A stretch of 62,121 bases of DNA, filler included, from Gemmatimonadota bacterium (GCA_003697105.1; 5 parts of 5 records of this genome joined end to end with filler, not necessarily neighbours in it), one strand, 5' to 3'; shown: positions 40,863-51,043, counted from the whole stretch's first letter. Translations and numbers: made by a program. The notes: generated by a model not told the origin, from the letters alone.

Positions 40863-42149
40863 TTAAGACGTACTGGATTTCACCGGAGTCAAAAAATTTT
40901 CCGTGAGGGATTTCATTTGATCGACATTTGCATGAACGGAATGGGCGACATCGCGTTGTTGTTCCGTCGCCGATGCAATCTCAAAAATCATATTGAAATT
41001 TTCATCCGCACTTTGGGAAATCTGTTGGATCAATTCATCCATTGTTTGTAAATTATGGCGTTGCCGGGTTGAGAGGTCGGCTATTTTTTGCAGTGCTTCT
41101 GCTAATCCGCGAATCTCTTCCACAATCGTTTGAAGTAATTTGGTGGCGGCGGTAATTACGGTATAGCCGGTGGTGATCTCATCCAGTTCCGCTTGGCTTT
41201 GGGTGATGGTTTCTTCCGCGATGGATTGAATTTCCAGCACTTGCTCGTCAATATTTCGCAATGAGATATGGGTTGTTTCGTTTAATTCCCGGATTTCGTC
41301 GGCAATAACGGCAAATCCTTTGCCGAATTCGCCGGCTCGGGCAGATTCGATTGCCGCATTGAGGGAAAGCAGGCTGGTTTGTTGCGAAATTTCACTGACT
41401 GTTCGTAGCACCGAGTCAATTTCGGACAGGCGCGAGGCGAGTTCCGAGATTTTCATCGTGGTGGTGGATGCCACGTTTGAGATGGACTCGATTCGCTCCA
41501 AGGCGTGTTGGGACGCCGTACCTCCTTCTTCCGCCGCATTGGAGATATGCCCGTAAATATCTTTTGCTTGCTCTACAGCCGTACTAACTTCTTGCGAAAA
41601 GTCGGAGATCTCTTTGGAAAGGCGAACCAATGACATTACGCTTTTGGATTGGCTGCTCAGGCTACGCGCCACATGTTGAACATGATCGGTGGTCTGGCGG
41701 GTTTGTTCGTCCAATGTATGGAACGTGTGCTGAAATTGATCCATTGCCAGATGCAGTTGCCGGCTGTTTTCTTGAAAATTTGTCAGGGCGTACAGTTCCC
41801 GGTCAGAAAGGGTGTTTAGCCGGTGGAAAATCTGTGCAAATTCATCTGTGCCGTGGACGGGTAAGGGCGATAGTTGTGTATCATCTAACGTGAGGAGGGC
41901 GTCTAAATGGGTTTTCATCTGCTTCAGGGGCGTTTGTAACAGCCATCGGACAAACCCGTATTGAATCCCGCCGAGCACGCCACCAAGGATTGCTACGAGG
42001 ACGTAGGATGTCATTTTGGGCGGGGAAACCCCGCTAATGGTGTGGAGCAGTAGTGTTAGCCCCACGGCGCAGAATATCCCTGTGACGACAAGCACCCCTC
42101 CCAAACGGTGGGAGAGATTCCACAATTTCCACGGTTGCCTATCCGCCAT
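40863..42149 (-). CDS. Methyl-accepting chemotaxis protein
   Basis: Two TM helices, HAMP (GTDEFAQI), QTSLLSLNAAIESARAGEFGKGFAVIADEIR. Start uncertain. Confidence 0.9.
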   Translation of the reverse strand: MADRQPWKLWNLSHRLGGVLVVTGIFCAVGLTLLLHTISGVSPPKMTSYVLVAILGGVLGGIQYGFVRWLLQTPLKQMKTHLDALLTLDDTQLSPLPVHGTDEFAQIFHRLNTLSDRELYALTNFQENSRQLHLAMDQFQHTFHTLDEQTRQTTDHVQHVARSLSSQSKSVMSLVRLSKEISDFSQEVSTAVEQAKDIYGHISNAAEEGGTASQHALERIESISNVASTTTMKISELASRLSEIDSVLRTVSEISQQTSLLSLNAAIESARAGEFGKGFAVIADEIRELNETTHISLRNIDEQVLEIQSIAEETITQSQAELDEITTGYTVITAATKLLQTIVEEIRGLAEALQKIADLSTRQRHNLQTMDELIQQISQSADENFNMIFEIASATEQQRDVAHSVHANVDQMKSLTENFLTPVKSSTS

Positions 42150-42329
42150 CTGATGCCTCGTTTTGTTGTAAGTAAATACAGTAAATCCAGCAAGTTGGAT
42201 TCTAAGGTGACGGTTATGAACTGTCAAGTGGAAAAATTTACGGAGGCTTTTATCTTTTTGATTTTGTTAAGGGGTTATCTTCTTATTTTTCATGCTGTTA
42301 TGGGTTTATTCGCTTTTTCAAGAAAATGA

Positions 42330-42358
42330 TTGACATTTTTTAGGTTTTCGTATAGACT
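42330..42358 (+). promoter_or_regulatory. Sigma-70-type promoter of punA
   Basis: TTGACA-N17-TAGACT. Confidence 0.55.
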
Positions 42359-42408
42359 TACCCCAGTTTTCTCTAAATTCTGAAAATTTTTGTGTTGAGG
42401 TTTTTTTT

Positions 42409-43239
42409 ATGCAAAAGAGTCAACTTCGACAGCACATTGATGAGGCTGTAGCGTATATTCGCCAACATGTGACCGATGTTCCTGAGGTCGCGATTATTTT
42501 AGGTACTGGCTTGGGTGGCATTTCCGATGTCATTGAAGATAAAAAGGAGATTCCGTACAGCGATATTCCGCATTTTCCGGTATCCACCGTTATGAGCCAT
42601 GCCGGGAATCTTGTTTTTGGTCAGATTAGCGGAAAATCCGTGGTGATGATGGCGGGGCGGGTGCATTATTATGAAGGTTACACGATGCAACAAGTGACGT
42701 TCCCCGTGCGAGTAATGAAATATTTAGGGGCGAACACCCTGTTTATTTCGAACGCTGTGGGTGGAATGAACCCTCAATATCGCAAAGGGGATATTGTGTT
42801 GACGACAGACCATATTAACTTGATGGGTGATAACCCGCTGATTGGTCCAAATGATGATACCATTGGGCCGCGTTTCCCGGATATGTCTGCTCCGTATGAC
42901 CGCGAACTTATTGATTTAGCGGAAGATGTCGCTTTGAATGAAAAGATTCGTACTCAGCGCGGGGTGATGGTCGCGGTGGCGGGTCCCAATCTGGAAACGC
43001 CGGCGGAGTACCGTTTTTTACGGGCGATTGGCGCGGATACGGTAGGGATGTCTTCTGTACCGGAGAATTTGGTCGGTGTGCATATGGGGATGCGGGTGAT
43101 GACCTTTTCCATTGTTACGGATTTGTGTTTCCCGGATTTTCTCGCACCGGTCAATATTGAGGAAATCTTGCAGATCGCGGCAGAATCCGGTAAAAAATTA
43201 GAACGGCTCATCTGCAAACTTCTGGAACGGATGGAATAA
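42409..43239 (+). CDS. punA: Purine nucleoside phosphorylase (trimeric type)
   Basis: ILGTGLG, GRVHYYEG, GPNLETPAE, VGMSSVPE. Confidence 0.93.
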   Translation: MQKSQLRQHIDEAVAYIRQHVTDVPEVAIILGTGLGGISDVIEDKKEIPYSDIPHFPVSTVMSHAGNLVFGQISGKSVVMMAGRVHYYEGYTMQQVTFPVRVMKYLGANTLFISNAVGGMNPQYRKGDIVLTTDHINLMGDNPLIGPNDDTIGPRFPDMSAPYDRELIDLAEDVALNEKIRTQRGVMVAVAGPNLETPAEYRFLRAIGADTVGMSSVPENLVGVHMGMRVMTFSIVTDLCFPDFLAPVNIEEILQIAAESGKKLERLICKLLERME

Positions 43240-43294
43240 TACCCCCAGCCTGTGATTTTTTTCAACACTTTCGCAGAAAGTATGACAACGTGAC

Positions 43295-43639
43295 ATGAAA
43301 TTTATTCTCGCCAATTGGTTTATCACCGCATTAGCGATTCTCGGAACTGCTTATATCTTACCCGGTATTTCGGTCAGCGGATTTGTCGCCGCGCTGATGG
43401 CGGCAGTTGTGCTGGGGTTTGTCAACGCACTGATTCGTCCGATTCTTATCTTGTTGACTTTGCCGGTAACCGTTCTGACATTAGGTCTGTTTTTGTTTGT
43501 GATCAATGCGTTGCTGTTGCTTTTTGTTTCGGTTGTGATGGGCAATAGCTTTGTTGTGGATGGTTTTTTCAATGCAGTGATAGGCTCGTTTTTAATCAGC
43601 TTTATTAACTCAATGTTACACTGGCTGTTGGAGACCTAA
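43295..43639 (+). CDS. YvlD/DUF360 ('phage holin family 4') membrane protein
   Basis: VNALIRPILILLTLPVTVLTLGLFLFVINA. Confidence 0.88.
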   Translation: MKFILANWFITALAILGTAYILPGISVSGFVAALMAAVVLGFVNALIRPILILLTLPVTVLTLGLFLFVINALLLLFVSVVMGNSFVVDGFFNAVIGSFLISFINSMLHWLLET

Positions 43640-43782
43640 ACTAACGATTTGTCGGCATATTTCATGCGTAAAAATTCAGGTTCATCTCAAGTTCAAAATC
43701 TATTTAGGGATGAGCTGACATTTTCATGAATCCGGTGACTGATTCGATTTGAAAGCTCCATTTTTAAGGAAGGATGCTCTCT

Positions 43783-43893
43783 ATGGAGAAAACATTTGAA
43801 GCTCGGCCCCGCTATGAAGATGGGATTGCGATTGTCGATCTGAAGGGCGAAATTAACATTTTTGCCGAAGATATTTTGACCCAACTCCATAAA
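43783..43893 (+). CDS. STAS-domain anti-sigma factor antagonist, 5' part cut by the gap
   Basis: AGGAAGG RBS; MEKTFEARPRYEDGIAIVDLKGEINIFAEDIL. Not in the ORF track. Confidence 0.7.
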
Positions 43894-43993
43894 NNNNNNN
43901 NNNNNNNNNNNNNNNNNNNNNNNNNNNNNNNNNNNNNTTAATTAATTAANNNNNNNNNNNNNNNNNNNNNNNNNNNNNNNNNNNNNNNNNNNN
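43894..43993. other. Artificial contig-joining spacer
   Basis: N run with TTAATTAATTAA. Confidence 0.97.
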
Positions 43994-44056
43994 GAAAATC
44001 CGCCGATGTTTACCGAACCGGTTGCCGGTATGCCACCCAGTATCGGCGATAAATAG
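43994..44056 (+). CDS. 3' end of an upstream gene, probably ccoO/ccoNO
   Basis: Frame ENPPMFTEPVAGMPPSIGDK* directly before ccoQ. Identity inferred from gene order only. Confidence 0.4.
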   Translation, partial: ENPPMFTEPVAGMPPSIGDK

Positions 44057-44068
44057 GAGTAACTTCCC

Positions 44069-44230
44069 ATGATTAAAACGGTATTACAGTCGATTGATGG
44101 CATTGGGGCGTACCCAGCGTTCTCACTGGCGCTCTTTTTTGTGGTCTTCAGTGCGATTGTATTGAAAGTCATTTTTATGAATAAGAACGATGTTAAAGAA
44201 ATCAGTGAATTACCACTGAACGATGATTAA
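44069..44230 (+). CDS. ccoQ: cbb3-type cytochrome c oxidase subunit CcoQ
   Basis: 53 aa MIKTVLQSIDGIGAYPAFSLALFFVVF...ISELPLNDD, AGGAG RBS, upstream of ccoP. Below the ORF-track cutoff. Confidence 0.82.
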   Translation: MIKTVLQSIDGIGAYPAFSLALFFVVFSAIVLKVIFMNKNDVKEISELPLNDD

Positions 44231-44255
44231 TATTCATAATGAAGGAGCCAAACCG

Positions 44256-45029
44256 ATGGCACATCATCCGGTTGATGAATTATTCGATCATGATTATGAT
44301 GGAATTCAGGAGTTTGATAATGACTTGCCACCTTGGTGGTTAAATCTGTTTTACCTGACGATCATTTGGTCTGTCTTGTATTTGCTGTATTACCATGTGA
44401 CAGGGATTGGTCTGTTGCAAGCGGAAAAATACAATAAAGAAGTGGACCCGCAATGGACTCGCCGTGCCGACCCCAATTACCAACCCCCCTTTTGGGCAGC
44501 GTATTCTTTTCATTCACCCTATGAAGGATCGCGCAAAGATGTTACGCCGCGCATGATGGCGGAAAATCCGGGGTTGTTTGGTGAAGCGGCTCTGATTGAA
44601 GAAGAAACGATTGAATACGAACCCCTCTTTGATGCCGCCAACCTTGCCGCCGGACGGGAGTTGTTTGAACGGAATTGCGGGGCAACCTGTCACGCGAATG
44701 ACGGGGGCGGAAACATCGGACCCAATTTAACCGATAATTTTTGGATCCACAGCGAAGGCGATATCAATGGGATTATCCGCACAATTGAACGTGGTGTCCC
44801 CGCTAAAGGGATGATCGCCTGGAAGCGCATTCTCAAGCCCGAAGAAATTCACCAAATTGGGAGCTACGTTTTAACACTACGCGGTACGACCCCTGCCAAT
44901 CCCAAACCCCCGCAAGGAGAGGAGTACCCGCTCCCGCCAAGCCTTCGTGAAGATACCGGTACCGGCGACGAAGTGCCTACCGAAGAGAATACGACGCCTG
45001 CGGAAGCCGAGGAATCCAACCAATCATGA
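44256..45029 (+). CDS. ccoP: cbb3-type cytochrome c oxidase subunit CcoP (single heme)
   Basis: HDYDGIQEFDNDLPPWW, heme motif CGATCH, GPNLTDNFWIH, GMIAW. Confidence 0.9.
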   Translation: MAHHPVDELFDHDYDGIQEFDNDLPPWWLNLFYLTIIWSVLYLLYYHVTGIGLLQAEKYNKEVDPQWTRRADPNYQPPFWAAYSFHSPYEGSRKDVTPRMMAENPGLFGEAALIEEETIEYEPLFDAANLAAGRELFERNCGATCHANDGGGNIGPNLTDNFWIHSEGDINGIIRTIERGVPAKGMIAWKRILKPEEIHQIGSYVLTLRGTTPANPKPPQGEEYPLPPSLREDTGTGDEVPTEENTTPAEAEESNQS

Positions 45030-46453
45030 ACGAAAATGTTTCAAGCGAATCTCCCGTGGTAGAAGAATCCTATCGCGACCGGATCAGTACTGTTGATGAA
45101 CAAGGCAAACGGGTGTGGATTTACCCGAAAAAGCCCAAAGGGACGTTTTATAATGCGCGGACGATCTTCAGTATTTTCCAATTAGGGATTTTGTTCGCGT
45201 TGCCGTTTATCAAGGTCGATGGGCATCCCTTTATGCAGTTTGATATTCTAGGGCGGAAGTTCATCTTGTTTGGGCAAGCATTTTGGCCCCAAGATTTCCA
45301 CTTGTTTGCCCTTGCCATTATCACATTTTTTGTCGGGATCATTCTGTTTACGGCAGTGTATGGGCGGGTTTTTTGTGGATGGGGCTGCCCGCAAACGCTC
45401 TTTATGGAGATGCTCTTCCGTAAAATTGAATATTGGATCGAAGGTGATGCCCATCGCCAACGAGCGCTCGCTCGGGCACCATGGACGGGGGAGAAAATCT
45501 TCAAACGATCCATGAAATATGCGATCTTTCTAGGGTTATCGTTCTTGATTGGAAACCTTTTTCTAGCGTACATCATCGGGGTTGACCGGCTATTTGAGAT
45601 TGTCACTCAGCCACCGGCGGCAAATCCGGGTGGCTTCACCTTTGTGCTGATTGTCACGGGGATTACTTTTTTTATCTATGCTTATTTTCGGGAGCAACTC
45701 TGCCTGATTGTTTGCCCCTATGGGCGGTTGCAATCCGTTTTGCTGGATAAAGAATCGATTGTCGTCGCGTACGATTTTAAGCGGGGTGAGCCGCGAGGTA
45801 AGCGCAAAAAAAACCAACCTGATGATCATCTGGGGGATTGTATTGATTGCAAATTATGCGTCCAAGTTTGCCCGACAGGGATCGATATCCGCAACGGTAC
45901 TCAATTAGAATGTATCAACTGTACGGCATGTATTGATGCGTGTAATTCCATCATGACCAAGGTCAATAAGCCTAAAGGCTTGATCCGGTACGCCTCGTAT
46001 AATGCGATAGAAGAGTCGCGTAAATCGCACATCACGGGGCGGGGTGTGGCGTACACAGTCGTGTTGGTGGGATTAGCCGTCTTACTCACGTTTTTACTCA
46101 CGACGCGCACCGATGTGGAAACCACGGTATTACGGACGCCCGGTGTACTCTACCAACGGGTAGAAGCGGAAGATGCACTTCGTAATCTGTATTCGGTGAA
46201 AGTGGTGAATAAAACGTTTGATGAAATACCCGTCTCTTTCAAATTGGAATCGCATTCCGGGCGGGTTGAACTTATCGGTGTCGATCATCTGGATGTGGAA
46301 TCGCAGGAAGTGGCGGAAGGTGCCCTATTTATTTATATCCCCGAAAATGATGTACAGGGACCGAGCATGAAGATCAAAGTTGGGGTCTATAATGATGAAA
46401 CGGGCGAGCTTTTACAAACGGTCAAAACGGCATTTTTAGGACCTGCAATGTAG
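45026..46453 (+). CDS. ccoG: Cytochrome c oxidase accessory protein CcoG/FixG
   Basis: GRVFCGWGCPQT, CPYGRLQ, CIDCKLCVQVCPTGIDIR, CINCTACIDAC. Confidence 0.96.
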   Translation: MNENVSSESPVVEESYRDRISTVDEQGKRVWIYPKKPKGTFYNARTIFSIFQLGILFALPFIKVDGHPFMQFDILGRKFILFGQAFWPQDFHLFALAIITFFVGIILFTAVYGRVFCGWGCPQTLFMEMLFRKIEYWIEGDAHRQRALARAPWTGEKIFKRSMKYAIFLGLSFLIGNLFLAYIIGVDRLFEIVTQPPAANPGGFTFVLIVTGITFFIYAYFREQLCLIVCPYGRLQSVLLDKESIVVAYDFKRGEPRGKRKKNQPDDHLGDCIDCKLCVQVCPTGIDIRNGTQLECINCTACIDACNSIMTKVNKPKGLIRYASYNAIEESRKSHITGRGVAYTVVLVGLAVLLTFLLTTRTDVETTVLRTPGVLYQRVEAEDALRNLYSVKVVNKTFDEIPVSFKLESHSGRVELIGVDHLDVESQEVAEGALFIYIPENDVQGPSMKIKVGVYNDETGELLQTVKTAFLGPAM

Positions 46454-46462
46454 GGAAATATC

Positions 46463-46927
46463 ATGAATATCAAAAAATGGTTAGGGCACTGGGGATTCCG
46501 GATGGCGGTACTTTATACCAGTTTTGTGCTCTTTCTGGCCGGTTTTGCCATTTTTTCCATGTTTTTCCCCTTCGATCTGGTCGCTAAGGATTATTATGAG
46601 CAAGACCTGAAATATCAGCAACAAATTGATCGCATCCAACGGACGCGAGCGCTTCCCGGTGGCTTGAAATGTACTTACAACCCGGAGCGCGATGTGATTC
46701 TGATTACGTATCCCGCCTATCTGGATCAAGAGCAAATCCGGGGGGAAATTACGCTTTTTCGTCCGGCAAATGCCGCCTATGACCGGACGATTCCGGTTGA
46801 CGTGAATTCTGAAGGGACACAACGTATTGATACAACCCACCTGCCCAAAGGACTGTGGCGGGTGAAAATCCTCTGGCAAGCCGGTGAGGATGAATATTAC
46901 AATGAAGAAGTGGTTGTGTTACAATAA
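46463..46927 (+). CDS. ccoH: FixH/CcoH family protein
   Basis: N-terminal TM, LVAKDYYEQDLKYQQQID, follows ccoG. Confidence 0.85.
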   Translation: MNIKKWLGHWGFRMAVLYTSFVLFLAGFAIFSMFFPFDLVAKDYYEQDLKYQQQIDRIQRTRALPGGLKCTYNPERDVILITYPAYLDQEQIRGEITLFRPANAAYDRTIPVDVNSEGTQRIDTTHLPKGLWRVKILWQAGEDEYYNEEVVVLQ

Positions 46928-46956
46928 CAGGAAACTCTTTCAACCATCTGCTGAAC

Positions 46957-46989
46957 AAACCGCGCGGAGACTCTCTTCGGGCGGTTTTT
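46957..46989 (+). terminator. Intrinsic terminator after the cco cluster
   Basis: AAACCGC...GCGGTTTTT hairpin. Confidence 0.6.
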
Positions 46990-47030
46990 CATAAGATACT
47001 TTTTCTCCGTAAAACAGTTCAGGGTTGCCA

Positions 47031-49406
47031 ATGAAATCTATTCACGTTCTGTTTTCCATCCTGACCGGAATGATTCTGTTGACCACCGCCGCTGTTTTTC
47101 CCCAGCCGAACCTACCTTTTTCGGATGGCGCTACCACTCCTTACATATACGATGCCGAAACCGGTAACGGAACACACCTGCCACTGGTTCGAGAGGGACT
47201 GGACCCGCGCCCACGCTCCGTTGAGACTCTGGTGATTATCATGGTTGAATTTCGGGATGAGTCCTTCGATGCCGGGCATACGCCGGATTATTTTCGCCAA
47301 CTATTTTTCGGGCGAAATAGTGGTGATAAGAGCGTTCACCGCTTTTATTTTGAAAACTCGTATGGACGTACCCGTCTGGATGGCGCAGTGTACGGTCCTT
47401 TTTATCTGGACGTGCCAATGGCAACCTACGGCGCCAATGATAATCTGACTTACCGCCTGATTGGAGACGCCCTGCGGGCGGCAGACCCTACCGTTGATTT
47501 TGAAGCTTACGGTAATGGTCAGGGCAATATTGCTCATCCAATTGTGATTCATGCCGGCATCGGGCAAGAAGAAGACCCCGAAAACACCGATTTGCTCTGG
47601 TCGTTGCGGTGGGGCAACGATCTGAATCAAGGTACGTATGATGGTCAGGATGCCGATTGGGGTATTATCCTTGCCGAATCCTCACCCGTTGGAGTCGCGG
47701 CACATGAGTTAGGGCATGATTTTGGGTTGATCGATCTGTATGATTTTGATACGGGGGATGATACCCGGTGGGATTACAACAACTATCCGGTGGTATCGTG
47801 GTGTATTATGGCAAGTGGCTCGTGGGCAAAACACCGGCAGCCCGGTGATACCCCCACCCATTTTTGTGGCTATAACAAAATGAAGTTGGGCTGGCTGAAT
47901 CCGGTGGTTGTCGCCGGTGGGCAGGAGGTGAACATCAATGCCCAGGAAGTCACTTATCACAATGCCCTGTTCAAAATTCCGTTAGCGGTTTATGATCTGC
48001 CGGTTGGGGAAGGTACCATCCGCGCGGAAGAGTACTTTTTGCTGGAAAACCGGTATCCTCAAGCGGCGGGTATCCAATTTGATCGCTACGGGGTGGATGG
48101 GCAACCACTGGATACGGGTATCATTATCACCCATGTGGATGAACGGCAGATTCACCCCCAACGGCAGGAACTCTGGAACAGCAGTGAATCTCCAACTCAC
48201 CCTTCTTTGCCCCATTATGCCCTCTGGATTGAAGACCCCGGTATGGAAGCGATACAGGATCATCGCGTCAATTCCCAACGGAAACTGGATGCGGCGTATG
48301 CCCTTGAAGATGGTCAATTTTTTGTGGATGACGTTTTACCAGCAAACGGTAATTTACTTTTCCCCAACACCCGTACCAATGACGGCGACCCCACCGGAGT
48401 TTCGATCCGAATTTTAACACCTTCTGCGGAAACAATGGCAGTACGCTTTTTCGGCGGAGATGATCTGCCGCCAGAGCTTACGGTAGCCCTCCTTCCCAAC
48501 GCCGCATTTCCAGATCAGATCAGTATCGGAATGGTTGCCAATGAACCGCTTAATCCATTGCCGCTCTTTTCGGCACACGTGCGTGTTAATGATGGGGACG
48601 TGGTTCCACTGCGTTTAATTGATGACCAACGGGCGTTCGGACATGTTCAGGTTATGGATGGAATGAGTTATTTGCAGGTTTCGGCGTATGATCTCGCCCG
48701 AAATAAAACCACCATTGAGCGGGTGCTGGCTTCCTTTCGGGTTACCCCACATCAGGCGCAGGTACTCTATTCCCCAGACCAACAGCTCCACATTGACTTG
48801 CCGCCAGATGCTATCTTGAACCCTCAACGCTGGATTGTCACCTCTCTTCCGGAACCGGGTCCACCGTATAATATGGATTCATGGGTGTTACAAAGTGAGG
48901 TTTATCAGGTGATTACAACCGACCCCGTTCTGAAAAAACCGGTACAACTCCGCTTTACGGCGGCGTTGCAACCGGATCATGCTACCATTCTCTACCACAC
49001 GGCGGGTGGCTGGCAACCGCTGGTCACGTGGGGCGATGGTAATCAGTTTACCGCAGAAATCACTGGATGGGGAAGTGGTCTGTTCGCCCTTGGTGTCTCC
49101 TCCGGCAACCATTCCGATGCACCGGCGGCAGTGCGGATGTATCCCAGCGTTCCCAATCCGTTTAATGCTCGCACGGCAATCCGATATACCTTGCCGCGTT
49201 CCTTACAAGTCGATTTTCGGATTTATAACCTGAGGGGGCAAGTGGTGCGAACGCTCGTCACAGGGATTCAACCCGCCGGAGACCACACGTTGGTATGGGA
49301 TGGGCGGGATGATCGCGATCTGGCTGTGGAAAGTGGTGTGTATTATGCCAGATTGCGCGTGGTAAATCGATCAGACTACGGGATACCATTAGTATTAATG
49401 AAATAA
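47031..49406 (+). CDS. M6 (immune inhibitor A) family metalloprotease with FlgD/T9SS-like C-terminal domain
   Basis: VIHAGIGQE, AHELGHDFGLIDLYD, WCIMASGSW, EYFLLENR, PNPFN. Confidence 0.9.
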   Translation: MKSIHVLFSILTGMILLTTAAVFPQPNLPFSDGATTPYIYDAETGNGTHLPLVREGLDPRPRSVETLVIIMVEFRDESFDAGHTPDYFRQLFFGRNSGDKSVHRFYFENSYGRTRLDGAVYGPFYLDVPMATYGANDNLTYRLIGDALRAADPTVDFEAYGNGQGNIAHPIVIHAGIGQEEDPENTDLLWSLRWGNDLNQGTYDGQDADWGIILAESSPVGVAAHELGHDFGLIDLYDFDTGDDTRWDYNNYPVVSWCIMASGSWAKHRQPGDTPTHFCGYNKMKLGWLNPVVVAGGQEVNINAQEVTYHNALFKIPLAVYDLPVGEGTIRAEEYFLLENRYPQAAGIQFDRYGVDGQPLDTGIIITHVDERQIHPQRQELWNSSESPTHPSLPHYALWIEDPGMEAIQDHRVNSQRKLDAAYALEDGQFFVDDVLPANGNLLFPNTRTNDGDPTGVSIRILTPSAETMAVRFFGGDDLPPELTVALLPNAAFPDQISIGMVANEPLNPLPLFSAHVRVNDGDVVPLRLIDDQRAFGHVQVMDGMSYLQVSAYDLARNKTTIERVLASFRVTPHQAQVLYSPDQQLHIDLPPDAILNPQRWIVTSLPEPGPPYNMDSWVLQSEVYQVITTDPVLKKPVQLRFTAALQPDHATILYHTAGGWQPLVTWGDGNQFTAEITGWGSGLFALGVSSGNHSDAPAAVRMYPSVPNPFNARTAIRYTLPRSLQVDFRIYNLRGQVVRTLVTGIQPAGDHTLVWDGRDDRDLAVESGVYYARLRVVNRSDYGIPLVLMK

Positions 49407-49412
49407 CATAGG

Positions 49413-50024
49413 ATGGTGTGGGTGATGAAATCTATCGGATGGATGGTGTTGGTTTGCTTCTGTTGCACGCTCTCTATGGCACAATCATACCGTAAAGTTC
49501 CGGTTGAACCCGGTGACCGATGTGTGATTACCGGTAGCCCATTGACCGTTTATGATTCTGTTCTGATTTACAACGGGCAGCGGGTTCCTTTACGGGCAGA
49601 GGTCGTCAGCCAATTTCTGAATCAGCCGGATAAGTACTTGGAAAAATTGGAGATGCCACCTCAGCGGGCCGCTCACCGGTCTGTGGCAGAATTTTCATTG
49701 ATCTGGCTTTTGTTCTGGATATGGGTTGGCAGCGCGCTTGCCATTGGTATGATTTGTGCGGCGGTTGCTTCCCAAAAGGGACATCCACCGTGGCTTTGGT
49801 TTTGTTTGGGGGTGGTGGGACATGTGGGGTCTCTCTGGTGGATTATCTGGATTCATCCCCACAAGAGGCGAGCTGTTCCGCCGGAATTTGACCAACCTCC
49901 GACACTGGCTGAGATTGTTGAGTGTGTTAAATGTGGTCTTAAAGGGGAGGCGCTTCCCCAGAAATGTGCGGAATGTGGCGCTTCTTGGCGGGCTAAAATT
50001 ACCGGTAATGATCCTACGTCGTAG
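49413..50024 (+). CDS. Membrane protein with YHS/TRASH-like N-domain and C-terminal zinc ribbon
   Basis: Signal peptide, DRCVITG..FLNQPDKY, two TM helices, CVKC..CAEC. Confidence 0.6.
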   Translation: MVWVMKSIGWMVLVCFCCTLSMAQSYRKVPVEPGDRCVITGSPLTVYDSVLIYNGQRVPLRAEVVSQFLNQPDKYLEKLEMPPQRAAHRSVAEFSLIWLLFWIWVGSALAIGMICAAVASQKGHPPWLWFCLGVVGHVGSLWWIIWIHPHKRRAVPPEFDQPPTLAEIVECVKCGLKGEALPQKCAECGASWRAKITGNDPTS

Positions 50025-50053
50025 GCGATGGGCTTCTTTTCACGAGGTTTATA

Positions 50054-50656
50054 ATGAAAATTTACATAATTTATTGGTTATCTTTAACCCTGACACTGAG
50101 TCTGACTTCTATTGCGTATGCGGACCCGCCGGATTGGGCAGGCCAGTTCAACGTTTCGGATTACGAATTTAACGCCAGTATGACGGGTATCTTGCTTATC
50201 AATGGGGAAGTTGCCCGGGATTCGCTGAACCAGATCGCGGCGTTTGTTGAAGATGAGGTGCGCGGTGTGGCAACCCCGATTGCTATTGGCGATCAATGGC
50301 TCTTTTTTTTAACCGTCTATAGCAATGCGGCAGTAGGGGAGATGATCACTTTTCGGGCATATATCGCCGGGCAAGATACCGTTTTACCGGTAGCAGAAAC
50401 GATAGAATTCCAGTTGAATGCCATTATCGGGCAACCCAATGCCCCCTTTGAATGGAATGTAACCCGCCTGATTTACGATCTCAACCAGAATCAACAGGTG
50501 GATGTGGGAGACATCCAATGGCTTTGCCAATTTTATCTCGGATCACAGCTAGGTGACCCGAATTATTTTAGCCAATTCGATTATGACCAAAATCATGCAA
50601 TTGATGAAACGGATTTGGTGTACTTGATGACGATCTGGTGTGGAGGGCAACCCTGA
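50054..50656 (+). CDS. Secreted protein with C-terminal dockerin-like domain
   Basis: Signal peptide; duplicated Ca loops DLNQNQQVDVGDI and DYDQNHAIDETDL. Confidence 0.7.
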   Translation: MKIYIIYWLSLTLTLSLTSIAYADPPDWAGQFNVSDYEFNASMTGILLINGEVARDSLNQIAAFVEDEVRGVATPIAIGDQWLFFLTVYSNAAVGEMITFRAYIAGQDTVLPVAETIEFQLNAIIGQPNAPFEWNVTRLIYDLNQNQQVDVGDIQWLCQFYLGSQLGDPNYFSQFDYDQNHAIDETDLVYLMTIWCGGQP

Positions 50657-50943
50657 TGAGCTGTTTTTTCGTTGTTTTGGTGATGTTAATGGCGATAGTC
50701 CCGGCGGGATATGCTGATCCTCCGGATTGGGATTTGGACCCAGCGGCATTCCAGTACACTTGCAACATCACCGGTATATTATATGTGAATAATGAGCCGG
50801 CTTTCGACCCCTTTAATGAACTCGCCGCTTTCGTGGATGGTGAGATTCGAGGTGTAGCGTCACCGGTACAAGTGGGGAATATGTGGCTTTTCTTTCTGAC
50901 CGTTTATTCCAACGAGGTGGTGGGTGAGATGATTCATTTTCAA
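50656..50943 (+). CDS. Paralog of the preceding secreted protein, cut by the gap
   Basis: TGATG coupling; shared YADPPDW..AAFV.GE.RGVA..WLFFLTVYSN. Confidence 0.75.
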
Positions 50944-51043
50944 NNNNNNNNNNNNNNNNNNNNNNNNNNNNNNNNNNNNNNNNNNNNTTAATTAATTAAN
51001 NNNNNNNNNNNNNNNNNNNNNNNNNNNNNNNNNNNNNNNNNNN
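50944..51043. other. Artificial contig-joining spacer
   Basis: N run with TTAATTAATTAA. Confidence 0.97.

Noticed and set aside
43295-43639. 'Phage holin' as a sign of a prophage
   Set aside because: The YvlD/DUF360 family is common in chromosomes, and no phage genes are nearby
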